A stretch of DNA of 64,000 nt from Nannocystis bainbridge (GCF_028368995.1 NZ_JAQNDL010000003.1:576001-640000), one strand, 5' to 3'; shown: positions 10,476 to 23,472, counted from the first letter of the stretch. Numbers and translations are program-made. The notes: a model not told the origin generated them from the letters alone.

Positions 10476-11093
10476 GTGAACAATCTGCCCCCCGGCCCTG
10501 CGGGCCTTGTGGACGATCGGCAAGAGCCGGTCCGTGACGCTTGGGCCGAGTCCCTGCGCGAAGTATTCGTCGACGTCATCAAGCAGCTGCCGAGCACCGT
10601 CACGCTCGGCGAGTTGGTCGAGGTCACGCGACAGAACCCCGCCCTCGCCCCGGTGCTCGATCACTACACCGTCCAGGAGCTCATCGACCTGGTGAAGGAC
10701 CGCCCGCGCTCGGCCGACCCGCTCGGCGCCGCCGCTGCGGCCGCCGTCGCCGCCGCCGCCGCCGCCAAGGTCAGCGAGCCGCAGTTCGACGAGGACGGCA
10801 ACCCGCTGCTCGACCTCGACGCCGGCTCGGCCGTCATCCGCCGCCGCGCCGACGCGCCCGACGGCGACCTCCGCCTGCTGCGCGCCCTCCTGCGCCAGAA
10901 GACCGGCCGCCGCGAGCCCGAGCTCGTGCAGGCCACCGGCCTCGCCTCCGACCAGGTGCGCCTGATCCTCCGCAACCTGCGGACCCGCGGCTACATCCAC
11001 ATCGAAGGCACCGGCGTCAAGCGCCGCGTCAAGATCACCCGCCACGGGGCCGGCTACCTGCGCAAGCTCGACCCCACGGCCGTGATCGCCTGA
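10476..11093 (+). CDS. winged-helix DNA-binding protein with N-terminal helical domain and Ala linker
   Basis: C-terminal ELVQATGLASDQVRLILRNLRTRGYIHIEG...VKIT wHTH pattern; GTG start preceded by GAGG. Confidence 0.75.
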   Translation: MNNLPPGPAGLVDDRQEPVRDAWAESLREVFVDVIKQLPSTVTLGELVEVTRQNPALAPVLDHYTVQELIDLVKDRPRSADPLGAAAAAAVAAAAAAKVSEPQFDEDGNPLLDLDAGSAVIRRRADAPDGDLRLLRALLRQKTGRREPELVQATGLASDQVRLILRNLRTRGYIHIEGTGVKRRVKITRHGAGYLRKLDPTAVIA

Positions 11094-11111
11094 GCTGCTC
11101 GCTGTCCCGCG

Positions 11112-11163
11112 GAGCATGTCCTCCGCGCCATGCTCGTCAGGACATGTCCTGAAGCGCATGTGC
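11112..11163. repeat. 14-bp-phased palindrome array (4 units)
   Basis: Units at 11112, 11126, 11140, 11154, between convergent genes. Confidence 0.85.
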
Positions 11164-11211
11164 TCTCGGTCGTCCGCGACGCGTCCGCCCCCCTGACCTC
11201 CCCCGCGCACG

Positions 11212-11243
11212 AAAAGCCCCGCCGCGTCGCCGCGAGCGGGGCT
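11212..11243 (-). terminator. intrinsic terminator of the vWA lipoprotein gene
   Basis: Stem agccccgc...gcggggct followed on the minus strand by TTTT. Confidence 0.65.
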
Positions 11244-11285
11244 CTCGTCACGCCCAGATACGGATGGTAGGGCGGCGGCGCGGGC

Positions 11286-12770
11286 TCAGCCCGGCACTTC
11301 CAGGGTCTCGCGGAGGATGCCGGCGAGGCAGTTGATCGCGTCCGAGAAGTCGTCGTCGCAGATCGACTCGATGCAGCAGCGGACCTTGTCGTCCTCGTTC
11401 AGCGACTGGCACACGTCGATGACGCGGGTGTTGGGGATCGCCTGGCCGGTGGCGGCGTCGGTGCAGCCGGGCCCGATGCCGAAGTCGTACTCCTTCTGCG
11501 CCGGGCTGTCGGTGTCGCCGGGCAGGATGTCGCCCTGGTTCCACACGCGGTAGACGAGGTCGAGCACGCCGCCGGCGGTCGGCTCGAACGGCGGCTCCGG
11601 GTTGTGCTCGGTCACCTTCGGCACGCCGAGGATGCCGAGCATGATGACGTCCTTCTTCTTCTGCTGGACCAGGTTGGTCTTGAGGTAGCCGATGTAGCGC
11701 GACAGCGGCTGCAGCACGCCCTTGTCCTCGGACATGCAGCTCTCGTAGATGCCGTCGGCGTTGGCGTCGACGCACGACACGCCGGCGTTGAAGCACGTCG
11801 CGCTGGTCGGCTCGTCCTTGACGCCTGGCTGGCCCGGCGTGTCCTCCCAGTACTGGTTGAACATCGGGTCGCTGGCGAGCTGCGGGTCGAAGTACTTGTA
11901 GTCCTTGACCGAGCACTCTGCCTCGTCCGTCAGGACGACGATCGCCAGCACCGCGCCGTCACGCAGGAACGGCTTGTTGCCCTGGTTCCACGGCTTGTTC
12001 GGGTCGAGCGCCTGCAGCATCGTCTCGAGCGGCGCCTCCATGCCGCAGCCGTCGATGCCCTGCGGGCCGATGCACGACAGCGCCTGCGCGACCGGGTCGC
12101 CGCCGTTCGGGTCGGCGTTGAGGATGTTGTCCTGGTCGAGCTGGAAGTTGATGAACGGGTCCGACGGGACCACCGAGCCCTTGCAGCCGTTGTTGCAGGC
12201 CTGCTCGACCTGGACCGGGTTGGCGCCGAGACCAGTGAAGCGGCCGATGCGGTCGACGCACGCGGTGTTGATCGGCGCGCCCTTGGCCGGGTCGTAGTCG
12301 GGCTTCTCGAACGGCGAACACAGCGGGTGACCGAAGTCGGTCGTCGTCACCATGATGTTGATGTTCGCGTTCACCGGCTTCTCGTTCTCGTCGGTGACGT
12401 TGCGCAGCTTGTCGATCAAGTACGGGAAGTTGGCCGCGAGGTTGGTCTGCTCCTCGCCCATCGTCCCCGAGTTGTCGATCACGAACAGCACGTCGAGCAG
12501 GTTGCACGCCGAGTCGGTGCCGCAGCTGCTCGCCGACGAGTCGTCCGGCGGCAGGTCGAACTTCATGCCCCCGGTCGTCGGGTTGACCGAGGTCATGCCC
12601 TCGGTCTCGTCAGGACCGGAGGTGAGCGTCAGGCCACCGGCGATCCCCGTCATCTGATTGGTGGTGACGTTGTCGGTGTCAGCCTTGTTGTCGTCGCCGC
12701 AACCGAAGAGCGCGAGCCCGAGCACGGAGAGGACGGTGAGGCGCTGTAAGTGTGAACGCTGAATGGTCAT
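11286..12770 (-). CDS. myxobacterial vWA-domain Cys-rich lipoprotein
   Basis: Lipobox LFGC; DVLFVIDNSGTM MIDAS motif; FLRDGAVLAIVVLTDEAECS. Confidence 0.85.
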   Translation of the reverse strand: MTIQRSHLQRLTVLSVLGLALFGCGDDNKADTDNVTTNQMTGIAGGLTLTSGPDETEGMTSVNPTTGGMKFDLPPDDSSASSCGTDSACNLLDVLFVIDNSGTMGEEQTNLAANFPYLIDKLRNVTDENEKPVNANINIMVTTTDFGHPLCSPFEKPDYDPAKGAPINTACVDRIGRFTGLGANPVQVEQACNNGCKGSVVPSDPFINFQLDQDNILNADPNGGDPVAQALSCIGPQGIDGCGMEAPLETMLQALDPNKPWNQGNKPFLRDGAVLAIVVLTDEAECSVKDYKYFDPQLASDPMFNQYWEDTPGQPGVKDEPTSATCFNAGVSCVDANADGIYESCMSEDKGVLQPLSRYIGYLKTNLVQQKKKDVIMLGILGVPKVTEHNPEPPFEPTAGGVLDLVYRVWNQGDILPGDTDSPAQKEYDFGIGPGCTDAATGQAIPNTRVIDVCQSLNEDDKVRCCIESICDDDFSDAINCLAGILRETLEVPG

Positions 12771-13029
12771 GTGAGCTCCCTGGCGGGCCGTGCCGCGCGA
12801 GCAGTCCTTCGTGCCACCATCGCACATGCTCGCAGCACAGCGCCACGGAAATTCGTGGCGCTAAGCGTGAGGCATTCCGTCCCCACGTTCGCAAAGATGG
12901 GCGAGAGAACTCACGATTACGTGCGACGCCTTCGCCCTGCGATGACACGGGCGGCAGCACCGCCGGCCATGCACGCGAACTTCGTCGCGCACTGTCCGAG
13001 CGCGCGCGCTGACGCGGGCTCGCGCGCGC

Positions 13030-14499
13030 TCAGAAGGTCGCCTGCAGCTGCAAGCGCACCTGGTCCATCGCGCCAGTGAACGCCGAGCTGTAGAGGCGGA
13101 GATAGTCGAGCTGCAGCTTGAGGAAGTGACGGGCGAAGAACACGTTCACCACGCCGCCCACCTCGGTCTGATCGGGCAAGCTCGTGCCGTGGCGCGCCGC
13201 GATCCCGCGCGAGCCGCCATAGCGCACGCCCAGCTCGAGCGGCGTATACGGGATCAGGTAGCCCGCCTGCGCGAAGTAGCCGATGCCGTTGCGCGCGGCG
13301 ACGGGCGTGAGCGGCTGACCCATGAGATCGACGGCGTTGCCGGGGATCCGCCAGCCGTTCCGCCAAAAGAAGGCGCTGTCGAGCGAGAAACCGGCGATCC
13401 GGAAACTCAGATCGGCGGTCGCGTTGTGGGTGCTGGTCAAGCCGCCGTCGGCCGGGATGGCGCCGGCAAAGCCATGGGTGTCGTGCGGGTCGCGATCGAT
13501 GAAGCCGTAGGCACCGCCGATGAGCATGCGCGGCTTCATGCTGCGGTCGAGGTCCGACTCCTCGAGGTCGTCGTACTGGCCGAACGGCAGCACCTCGAAG
13601 CGGCCGAGGTACATCAGGCCAAAGTTGCTCGGGCCGTACTTGGCGATGCCGTCGCCAAGGTAGACGCCGAGGTAGTAGCGCAGCTTGCCGAGCCCGGCGA
13701 TGTCCTTCGAGCGCAGGTCGAGGCCGATGTCGCGATCGAAGGTGAACTCGTTGTTGGCCAGCGAGCGATCGACGAACTGCAAGCTCGTGATCTTGTTCAT
13801 CCGCTGGTGGTTGTAAGGGACCTTGTACTGACCGACGACGAGGGTGAAGTCGCGGAAGCGGTCGAAGGTGAAGAACCAGTCGAGGATCGGCGAGCGGTGC
13901 GGGACGCCGTCCTTGAACCCGAGCTCGGCCGGCGCGAACGTGAGGGCGATGCGGTACTTGATGTTCTTGGTGAACACGTTGCCGCTCAGCCACACGCGCG
14001 CGCGCCGGAACTGCAGCGTGAGGTCGGTGTGCTCGGCGGGGCCGGGGCCCTGATCGGTGCCGGGCTGGCCGGGCACGTGCAGCACGCTCGCCTGCAGCTG
14101 CATGAAGGCGTTGAAAGCGAGCGAGAAGCGACCGCTGGCGCTGGCGACCTCGAGGCCGACGCCGGGCCGCCACTTGGTGCGGCCGTCAGCGGTGATCGGG
14201 TCCTCCGCCATGCGCGCGGCCTCCCACCGCGGCGCCCACTTCGAGGGCGGGGGCGTCGCGGGTGTGGCGGGCGTCACCTGAGCGGCGGCCCGCGGGGCCG
14301 CAGCCGGGGTCACGACCGGCGTCGCAGCCGGCGCCGGGGCAGCGACGCCCGGGCTCGTCGCGGGCGCGGGGCTCGGCGTCGCGGCCGGCGTCTCAGCGGG
14401 GGCGTCGCTCGCGGGCGGCGGCAGATCCGGCGACGGCGTCGGCTCCCACGGACCGGGAGACGCGAGGGCGACGAGCCCGCAGAGAAGCGTGACGTGCAT
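13030..14499 (-). CDS. outer-membrane porin, OprO/OprP-like
   Basis: Signal peptide, Pro/Ala linker, FRRARVWLSG, GQYKVPY, DRDIG, KLQLDY, C-terminal QLQATF. Confidence 0.8.
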   Translation of the reverse strand: MHVTLLCGLVALASPGPWEPTPSPDLPPPASDAPAETPAATPSPAPATSPGVAAPAPAATPVVTPAAAPRAAAQVTPATPATPPPSKWAPRWEAARMAEDPITADGRTKWRPGVGLEVASASGRFSLAFNAFMQLQASVLHVPGQPGTDQGPGPAEHTDLTLQFRRARVWLSGNVFTKNIKYRIALTFAPAELGFKDGVPHRSPILDWFFTFDRFRDFTLVVGQYKVPYNHQRMNKITSLQFVDRSLANNEFTFDRDIGLDLRSKDIAGLGKLRYYLGVYLGDGIAKYGPSNFGLMYLGRFEVLPFGQYDDLEESDLDRSMKPRMLIGGAYGFIDRDPHDTHGFAGAIPADGGLTSTHNATADLSFRIAGFSLDSAFFWRNGWRIPGNAVDLMGQPLTPVAARNGIGYFAQAGYLIPYTPLELGVRYGGSRGIAARHGTSLPDQTEVGGVVNVFFARHFLKLQLDYLRLYSSAFTGAMDQVRLQLQATF

Positions 14500-14555
14500 G
14501 GCGGCTATGTGCGGGAACAGCCCCCGCGCTGTCCAATGAATGTACTTTCACCGGA

Positions 14556-17192
<2,637 letters not shown>

Positions 17193-17372
17193 GGCGCGCC
17201 GCAACGCTAAGCCGAGCGCGCGCGATTGCCAAGAGAAACCCGCGGCGGCTCCGCGGAGGATCCGCCCGTCCGCGACCTCGGCGTGGACCGGTCGACTGCG
17301 GCGCGGCCCGACGGCCTCCGCGACCGGTCCGGCGACCTGCCTGACGCAGGCGCGGCCCGCCGCGACCGGCGC

Positions 17373-17882
17373 TCAGGGCTCCGGGCAGGGCCCGGAGCGG
17401 GGCGTCACGGCGATCGTCGCACCGGCCTCGACCTGGACCTTCGTCACCAGCGTGACCTCTTCCTTGCCGGGGCCGAAGCAGCGGCCGACGTAGCCGGTGT
17501 CGGTGAGCGCGCGGGCCTCGATGTGCCAGCGCCCGGCCGACCCGACGACCACCCGCATCTCCGCCGAGTTCTGGCTCGCGGGACAGGTGGCGGCGTCGCC
17601 GACCACCTCCTCGTACGGATCGACCTTGATCGTGCACGGGGCCGGCGGCGCCTGCTCGCAGCCGACCTTGGTCGCGCGCAGCGACACCGTGGTCGCGCCG
17701 TTGGTGCCGCACAGGTCGATGACGTCGACCTGCGCCACGATCTCGACCTCGCCCGGCGTCGCCCCGGGCGGGGTCGTCGTCGACCCGCTGCTGCCGCTCT
17801 CGGTGCTCGCGCCGCCGTCGTCGCCGCAGGCCATGACCAGCGCCAACGAACCTGTCCCCAGGAACCTGCTCCAAAGTCTCAT
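17373..17882 (-). CDS. hypothetical Cys-containing lipoprotein
   Basis: Lipobox VMAC-GDD; ATG at 17882. Confidence 0.75.
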   Translation of the reverse strand: MRLWSRFLGTGSLALVMACGDDGGASTESGSSGSTTTPPGATPGEVEIVAQVDVIDLCGTNGATTVSLRATKVGCEQAPPAPCTIKVDPYEEVVGDAATCPASQNSAEMRVVVGSAGRWHIEARALTDTGYVGRCFGPGKEEVTLVTKVQVEAGATIAVTPRSGPCPEP

Positions 17883-17922
17883 CAAAGCTCCGTCTCCGTG
17901 CCCGTGTCGCCGCGCATCCTGT

Positions 17923-17960
17923 TTACATGCCCCATGGGTCATGTCCCCAAGGACATGTCC
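17923..17960. repeat. 14-bp-phased palindrome array (3 units)
   Basis: Units at 17923, 17937, 17951; perfect TGTCC-CCAA-GGACA at 17942. Confidence 0.85.
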
Positions 17961-18016
17961 TGAAGCATCCTCGGCCCCCGCGCCTCGCCGACCTGTCCCG
18001 AAGTATCATCGCCGGC

Positions 18017-20146
18017 TCACTTGCCCTTGCCCTTGCCGGTGTTGGTCTTCGGCTTGCCCTGCGGCTCGACGTGCTTGTCGCCGCGCGCGCCCTTGCCGGT
18101 GGTCGCCGCGGCCCCGCCCTCGACGGCCTGCTTGCTGGCCTTGAGGACATCCTGCCACACCTTCTTGCGACCGGCCGGCAGCGCCGCGAGGCGGCCCGTC
18201 ACCTCGGCCTCGACCGCCGGCCAGGTCTTGCCCTGGGCCAGCACCGTCGCGAACGCGGCCTCGATCGCCTCCGCGTAGTGCTTCGCCACATCGACCTTCG
18301 CCACCGCGCCGGCCTCGCTGAGCAGCTTGCCGCTGGCGACGAACTTGTTCTTGCAGGCCGCGTCGACCTGGGCCCGCGCCGCCGTGGCCGCCGCGATCTC
18401 GGCGTCGACCTCGGCCAGCCCGGTGCCCGCGTCGCTCGCCGTGGCCGCCAGCGGCAGGCCCGACCACAGGTCGCGCAGCTGCACGACGAGCAGCTGCGCG
18501 TGCTTCTGGCTGGCCCGCAGCGCGTCGCCGAGGTCCGCGTTGGCGTCCGCCTGGGCCTGCGTCTTGCCGGCCGTCATCTGCGCGCACAGTGCAACCTGCG
18601 CGACCGTGAAGCGGCGCAGATCGAGCGCGAGCTGCCGGCCCGCCGCCGCCGCGTCGGCCTGTCCTTCGGGACCGGTCGCCGCCCGCCCGAGCGCCTTGAG
18701 CGGCTCGGCCCCGCGACCCTCCTGGCGCCGGCTGACCTCGAGGTCCGCCTCGACCGCGGCGGCCGTGTAGCCCGCCCCGCCGGCCGCGAGGATCTCGGCC
18801 AGCCGCGCCGGCCCGGCGCTGTAGCCCCCGGCGGCCCCGTCGACCGTCAGCGCCGGCCCCTTGTACTTGCCGGTCTTGGCCTGCAGCGGCTGCTCGGCGG
18901 CCTTGGGCGCCTTGAGCAGCGCGAACGTCACCCGCGTCGGTCCGACGTAGCTGGTCTTCACGCTCTTGCCTGCCAGCGTGAATTTGGTCTTGTCGGTCAG
19001 CTCGCGCCCGCGGATCTCGCCCTCGACGCCCTTGCCTTCGGGACCTGTCCAATAGGACATGGCCTCCACGACAGGCGTCTTGATCACCGCGACCGGCTTC
19101 TTGCTGGCGAACTCGCGGCCCTGCGAGACCGCGACCAGCGGCTGGTCGGTCGGCGCGTCGTCGGGCAGCGTCAGCGTCACCTTCGACTTGCTGGCCGGCG
19201 CCTCGGGCTGCAGACTCACCTGTCCCAAGCGCCAGGTGGTGACCGCGTCGAGGTTCTTGCCGCTGATCTTGAGCGTGCCGGGCGCGCCGACCTCCTTGGG
19301 CACCGTCGTCAGCCCCGGCGTCGGGTGGACCGTGAACGCCACCGCCGAGCCCTTCTTGCGCGCCTCGGCCTTGAGGTCGCCCGACTTGGCGCCCTTGGCG
19401 ATCGTCACCGTCGCCTTGGTCTCGCCCTGCTCGCCGGCCTTGAGCGGCTTGCTGCCGAGCTTGAACTTGGCCGCCTCGAGGTGCGCGCCGGTGAGCGCCA
19501 CGCTGTCGCCCTCGAACGCCGCCGTCGGGCTCACCGCCGTCAGCGCCGGCGCGTAGAAGATCTCGTAGTCCTTCTTCAGCGCCGCCTCGCCGCCGACGCT
19601 CGTCACCGCCAGCGGCCCGGTGGTCCCCGCCGGCGCGGTGAAGCGGAGCGACGTCGCCCCGAGCTCGTCGACCTTCACCGGCGCGCCCGCGAGCGTCAGC
19701 GTCGTCACCCGGTCGAGGTTCTTGCCCTTGAGCGTCACGACCTCGCCGGGCGCCGCGAACTTCGGCGACGCGCTCGTGAGCCCCGGCGCCTTGACGAAGC
19801 CGGTGACCGCCAGCTCGGCGACCTTCTTCTTGGCCCGCTTGAGGAGCAGCTTCTTGGCGCTCTTGGTCTTGAGCGGCACGGTCGCGGAGATCGAGCCGGC
19901 CGTGATCTTCACTTCCTCGAGCGCGATCGCGTCGAGCATGACGACGTCGCCTTCGACGAAGTCCGTGCCGGTGATCGTGATCGTGTCGCCGGCGCCGAAC
20001 TCCGCCGGAGTCACGGCCTGCAGCGTCGGCGCGGCGGAGGCCTCCGCGGGCGTCTGCTCGGCCCGCACCGGCGCCGCGGCGGCGAGCAAGATCGCGACCC
20101 CGATCGCCGCGCCGATCACGTTCGCTCCAGAACCCGACCACGTCAT
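18017..20146 (-). CDS. secreted IPT/TIG-repeat protein with C-terminal helical domain
   Basis: Signal peptide; about 5 repeats of the type PxLxxVSP...GxxVTLxGxNL. Confidence 0.8.
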   Translation of the reverse strand: MTWSGSGANVIGAAIGVAILLAAAAPVRAEQTPAEASAAPTLQAVTPAEFGAGDTITITGTDFVEGDVVMLDAIALEEVKITAGSISATVPLKTKSAKKLLLKRAKKKVAELAVTGFVKAPGLTSASPKFAAPGEVVTLKGKNLDRVTTLTLAGAPVKVDELGATSLRFTAPAGTTGPLAVTSVGGEAALKKDYEIFYAPALTAVSPTAAFEGDSVALTGAHLEAAKFKLGSKPLKAGEQGETKATVTIAKGAKSGDLKAEARKKGSAVAFTVHPTPGLTTVPKEVGAPGTLKISGKNLDAVTTWRLGQVSLQPEAPASKSKVTLTLPDDAPTDQPLVAVSQGREFASKKPVAVIKTPVVEAMSYWTGPEGKGVEGEIRGRELTDKTKFTLAGKSVKTSYVGPTRVTFALLKAPKAAEQPLQAKTGKYKGPALTVDGAAGGYSAGPARLAEILAAGGAGYTAAAVEADLEVSRRQEGRGAEPLKALGRAATGPEGQADAAAAGRQLALDLRRFTVAQVALCAQMTAGKTQAQADANADLGDALRASQKHAQLLVVQLRDLWSGLPLAATASDAGTGLAEVDAEIAAATAARAQVDAACKNKFVASGKLLSEAGAVAKVDVAKHYAEAIEAAFATVLAQGKTWPAVEAEVTGRLAALPAGRKKVWQDVLKASKQAVEGGAAATTGKGARGDKHVEPQGKPKTNTGKGKGK

Positions 20147-20211
20147 GACGCGCACCGGCGAAGATTCGCCCCGCGAGCCGGCGATCGTCAAGGTATCCTC
20201 GCCGGCGCCGT

Positions 20212-23200
20212 ATGCCATCGCGTCGACTGTCGCTGTTCTCCGCCTCGCTCGTGTCCCTCGCGATGATCCCGCTGGCCGGCGCCGCCGAGCCGACCGGCAA
20301 GCACGCTGCCGGCAACAAGACCCTCGGCAAGCCGCTCGCGCGCGTCGTCGCCGCGGATCATCCGGCCGCGCGTCCGCGGCCGCTGAGCCTCGCGCAGGCG
20401 GGCAAGGCCGCCGCCCCGGCGCCGTTCGTGCGGGCCGCGCTGATCGATCTCGCAGCGCGCTCGAGCGAGCCGGCGCGGGTCCGCCTCGATCCCGCGCACG
20501 GCACCTTGCGGCGCTTCGACGGCCGTGTCGCCAACCCGCACGGCCTCGGCGTGCGCGCGTGCGAGGCCCTGCTCGCCGAGCACCGCGACGTGCTCGGCCT
20601 CGCCGCCGCCCCGGGCGCGGCCGATCTCGTGCAGACGCGCGTCATCAATGGCGACGCCGGCGACCTCGCGCTCCACTACGACGTCCGCTTCCGCGGCCTG
20701 CCGGTGTGGGGCGCCGAGGTCCGGGCTCACTTCGACGCCAGCGGCGCCCTCACCTCGATCGCCGCGCAGAACCTCGGCCGCCTCGATCCGCCGCAGCTCG
20801 TCAAGTTCGGGGCCGACGCCGCCCGCGTCCGCGCCCGTCGTGCCAACGGCCCTGACGCCGTCGATCGCCGCGCCGTCGACCTCGGCCCCGCCGAGCTCGG
20901 CGTATGGCCGCAGAGCCACGATCGCGGCGGCGTGCTCGCCTGGCGCCTGCTTCAGACCGTCAGCCTCGCCGAAGGCGGCTATCAACACTTCGAGACCTAC
21001 GTCGACGCCGAGGCCGGCCGCGTGCTCGCTCGCCGCCCGCTCGTCGCCACCGAGACCGTCAACTCGACCACCGGCACCGCCAACGATCACTTCGGCAAGC
21101 AGGTCACCCTGCGACTCTCGCACTACCCGGGCAAGGGCGAGTACGGCCTCTACGACCGCAGCAAGGGCCTCGCCGCCGCCACCTTGCAGACCCTCGACGC
21201 CGGCAACAGCGACCTTCCGGGCAACGCCGCGCTGGCCACCAGCAAGACCAAGACCGCGTGGACGGCCGCCGAGGCGACCGCGCACGCCCACATGCAGAAG
21301 GTCATCGACTACTTCCAGGCCACCCACGCCCGCAACTCGTGGGACGGCAAGGGCGCCGCGGTCGAGCAGCTCATCCACTACGGCCAGGCCTACAACAACG
21401 CCTTTTGGGACCCGTACAACAAGCACATGGCCATCGGCGACGGCGACAAGTTGATCTTCAAGGAGTTCACGCGCTCGCTCGACGTCTCGGCCCACGAGTA
21501 CAGCCACGCCGTCATCACCGGCACCGCCAACCTCGTCTATCAGAACCAGCCGGGCGCGCTCAACGAGAGCTTCGCCGACGTCATGGCGATGATGATCGAC
21601 CGCGACGACTGGGTCCTCGGCGAGGACGTGGTCGGCCCCGGCTTCGGCGCCCCGTTCGCGCGCAGCTTCATCGATCCCAATTTGGGCGGTCAGCCCAAGC
21701 ACATGGAGAAGATCTACAAGGGCACCGACGACTACGGCGGCGTCCACATCAACAGCGGGATCCCCAACCACGCCGCCTACCGCCTCGCCATCGCCCGCAG
21801 CCGCGAGCTCGTCGAGAAGGTCTGGTACCGCACCCTCTACAAGGGCCACATCGGCAGCCAGGCCAGCTTCGTCGACATGGCCCAGGGGACAGTCGCCGCC
21901 TGCAAGGAGCTCATCGCGCTCGGCCAGGCCACCGGCGCCGACTGCACCGCCACCGCCGAGGCGTGGGTCGACGTCGGCGTGCTCGCGGCCAGCGACGTGC
22001 CGAAGGACGGCTGCCCTGACAAGTCGTCCGAGAAGGACGGCCTGTGCTACTGCGACCCCGGCTTCGTCCCCAGCGGCGACGGCACCGCCTGCGTCGCGCT
22101 CGGCGGCGTCGACTGCCCCGCCAACTCGATCGAGGCCAACGGCCTGTGTCTGTGCCAGGACGGCTTCAAGCCCAACCAGGACGGCAGCCAGTGCGTCGCC
22201 GAGCAGAACGGCTGCCCGCTCAACTCCGGCTGGGACGCCGCCAAAAAGAAGTGCGTGTGCGACCCCGGCTTCGAGGGCGCCCCCAACGCGCCTGACGGCA
22301 AGTGCGAGCCTGTCGAGAGCGACTGCCCGGCCGACGCGCACCCCGAGTGGGCCGACCCGATGGACCAGGCCGACTACACCTGCGCCTGCAACGACAACTT
22401 CGAGGACGACGGCAACGGCAACTGCGTCGTCATCGCCGGCACCTGCGGCAACGAGTCGTTCTTCGGCCGCTGCGACGGCGACACCCTCGTCTACTGCCAG
22501 CCCGGCGTGCCCGACGACGAGATCCACGGCATCGACTGCGCCGGCGAGGGCCTCGTGTGCGGCAAGTTCGACTCCGTCGTCGGCTACGACTGCCTCAACC
22601 CTGACGGCAAGGGAGCGGCCGCCACCTGCGACGCTGACGGCTATCAGGAGTGCGGCGCGGGCAACCCGTTCTGCGTGTCCGAGCAGGACGCATCCACCGG
22701 CTTCTGCTCGCACGAGTGCAAGGCCGGCGGCGACTGTGAGAGCGCCTACGACTGCTGCGCCAGCGTCTCCGACGGCACCCGCGCCTGCCTCGTCGATCCG
22801 TACTGCGCCGAGAACATCGACACCAAGGCCACCTGCAAGGACATCCCCGGCGGCAGCACCTTCCACGGCAAGTGCGTCGGCGACGTGCTCGTCTACTGCG
22901 ACGGCTCGACCGGCGTCACCCAGGAGGTCTTCTGCGTCAAGGAGGGCAAGGAGTGCGGCTTCGTCGACAAGGCGACCGGCTACAGCTGCGTCGACCCTGA
23001 CTCGGGCGCCTTGCCGGAGGCGCCGGCCGACTGGTGCCCGCACGAGAAGGACGGCAGCTGCGACGTGCCCGACCTGTGCCCCGAGGGCTCCGACGGCGCC
23101 GACTGCAACGCGTGCGGCGACATCGGCGAGGCCGGCGCCTGCGACGGCGACCTGCTCAAGTTCTGCGACCCCGACGACGGCCTCGTCACCACCGACTGCG

Positions 23201-23472
23201 CCGCCACGCCGACCACCCCGAGCTGCGGCCCGGGCGACGACGGCACGTTCGCCTGCGGCCCCGGCCCCGGCCCCGACGACCCGACCACCGGCGGCCCCGG
23301 CAGCGACAGCGAGGGCTCGGACAGCACCGGCGAGGCCCCCAGCTCCGACACCGCCACCGCCGGCGAGGTCGGCACGATCACCTGCGCCTGCCGCAGCGAC
23401 GCCCCCGTCGACTGGCGCCAGCTGCTGCTCGCCGCCCCGCTGCTGCTCCGCCGGCGCCGCAAGCATGGCTGA
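20212..23472 (+). CDS. M4 (thermolysin-like) metallopeptidase with propeptide, EGF-like/Cys-rich repeats and MYXO-CTERM-like anchor
   Basis: YNNAFWD, AHEYSH, GALNESFAD, DYGGVHINSGIPN; C-terminal CAC...LLLAAPLLLRRRR. Confidence 0.93.
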   Translation: MPSRRLSLFSASLVSLAMIPLAGAAEPTGKHAAGNKTLGKPLARVVAADHPAARPRPLSLAQAGKAAAPAPFVRAALIDLAARSSEPARVRLDPAHGTLRRFDGRVANPHGLGVRACEALLAEHRDVLGLAAAPGAADLVQTRVINGDAGDLALHYDVRFRGLPVWGAEVRAHFDASGALTSIAAQNLGRLDPPQLVKFGADAARVRARRANGPDAVDRRAVDLGPAELGVWPQSHDRGGVLAWRLLQTVSLAEGGYQHFETYVDAEAGRVLARRPLVATETVNSTTGTANDHFGKQVTLRLSHYPGKGEYGLYDRSKGLAAATLQTLDAGNSDLPGNAALATSKTKTAWTAAEATAHAHMQKVIDYFQATHARNSWDGKGAAVEQLIHYGQAYNNAFWDPYNKHMAIGDGDKLIFKEFTRSLDVSAHEYSHAVITGTANLVYQNQPGALNESFADVMAMMIDRDDWVLGEDVVGPGFGAPFARSFIDPNLGGQPKHMEKIYKGTDDYGGVHINSGIPNHAAYRLAIARSRELVEKVWYRTLYKGHIGSQASFVDMAQGTVAACKELIALGQATGADCTATAEAWVDVGVLAASDVPKDGCPDKSSEKDGLCYCDPGFVPSGDGTACVALGGVDCPANSIEANGLCLCQDGFKPNQDGSQCVAEQNGCPLNSGWDAAKKKCVCDPGFEGAPNAPDGKCEPVESDCPADAHPEWADPMDQADYTCACNDNFEDDGNGNCVVIAGTCGNESFFGRCDGDTLVYCQPGVPDDEIHGIDCAGEGLVCGKFDSVVGYDCLNPDGKGAAATCDADGYQECGAGNPFCVSEQDASTGFCSHECKAGGDCESAYDCCASVSDGTRACLVDPYCAENIDTKATCKDIPGGSTFHGKCVGDVLVYCDGSTGVTQEVFCVKEGKECGFVDKATGYSCVDPDSGALPEAPADWCPHEKDGSCDVPDLCPEGSDGADCNACGDIGEAGACDGDLLKFCDPDDGLVTTDCAATPTTPSCGPGDDGTFACGPGPGPDDPTTGGPGSDSEGSDSTGEAPSSDTATAGEVGTITCACRSDAPVDWRQLLLAAPLLLRRRRKHG

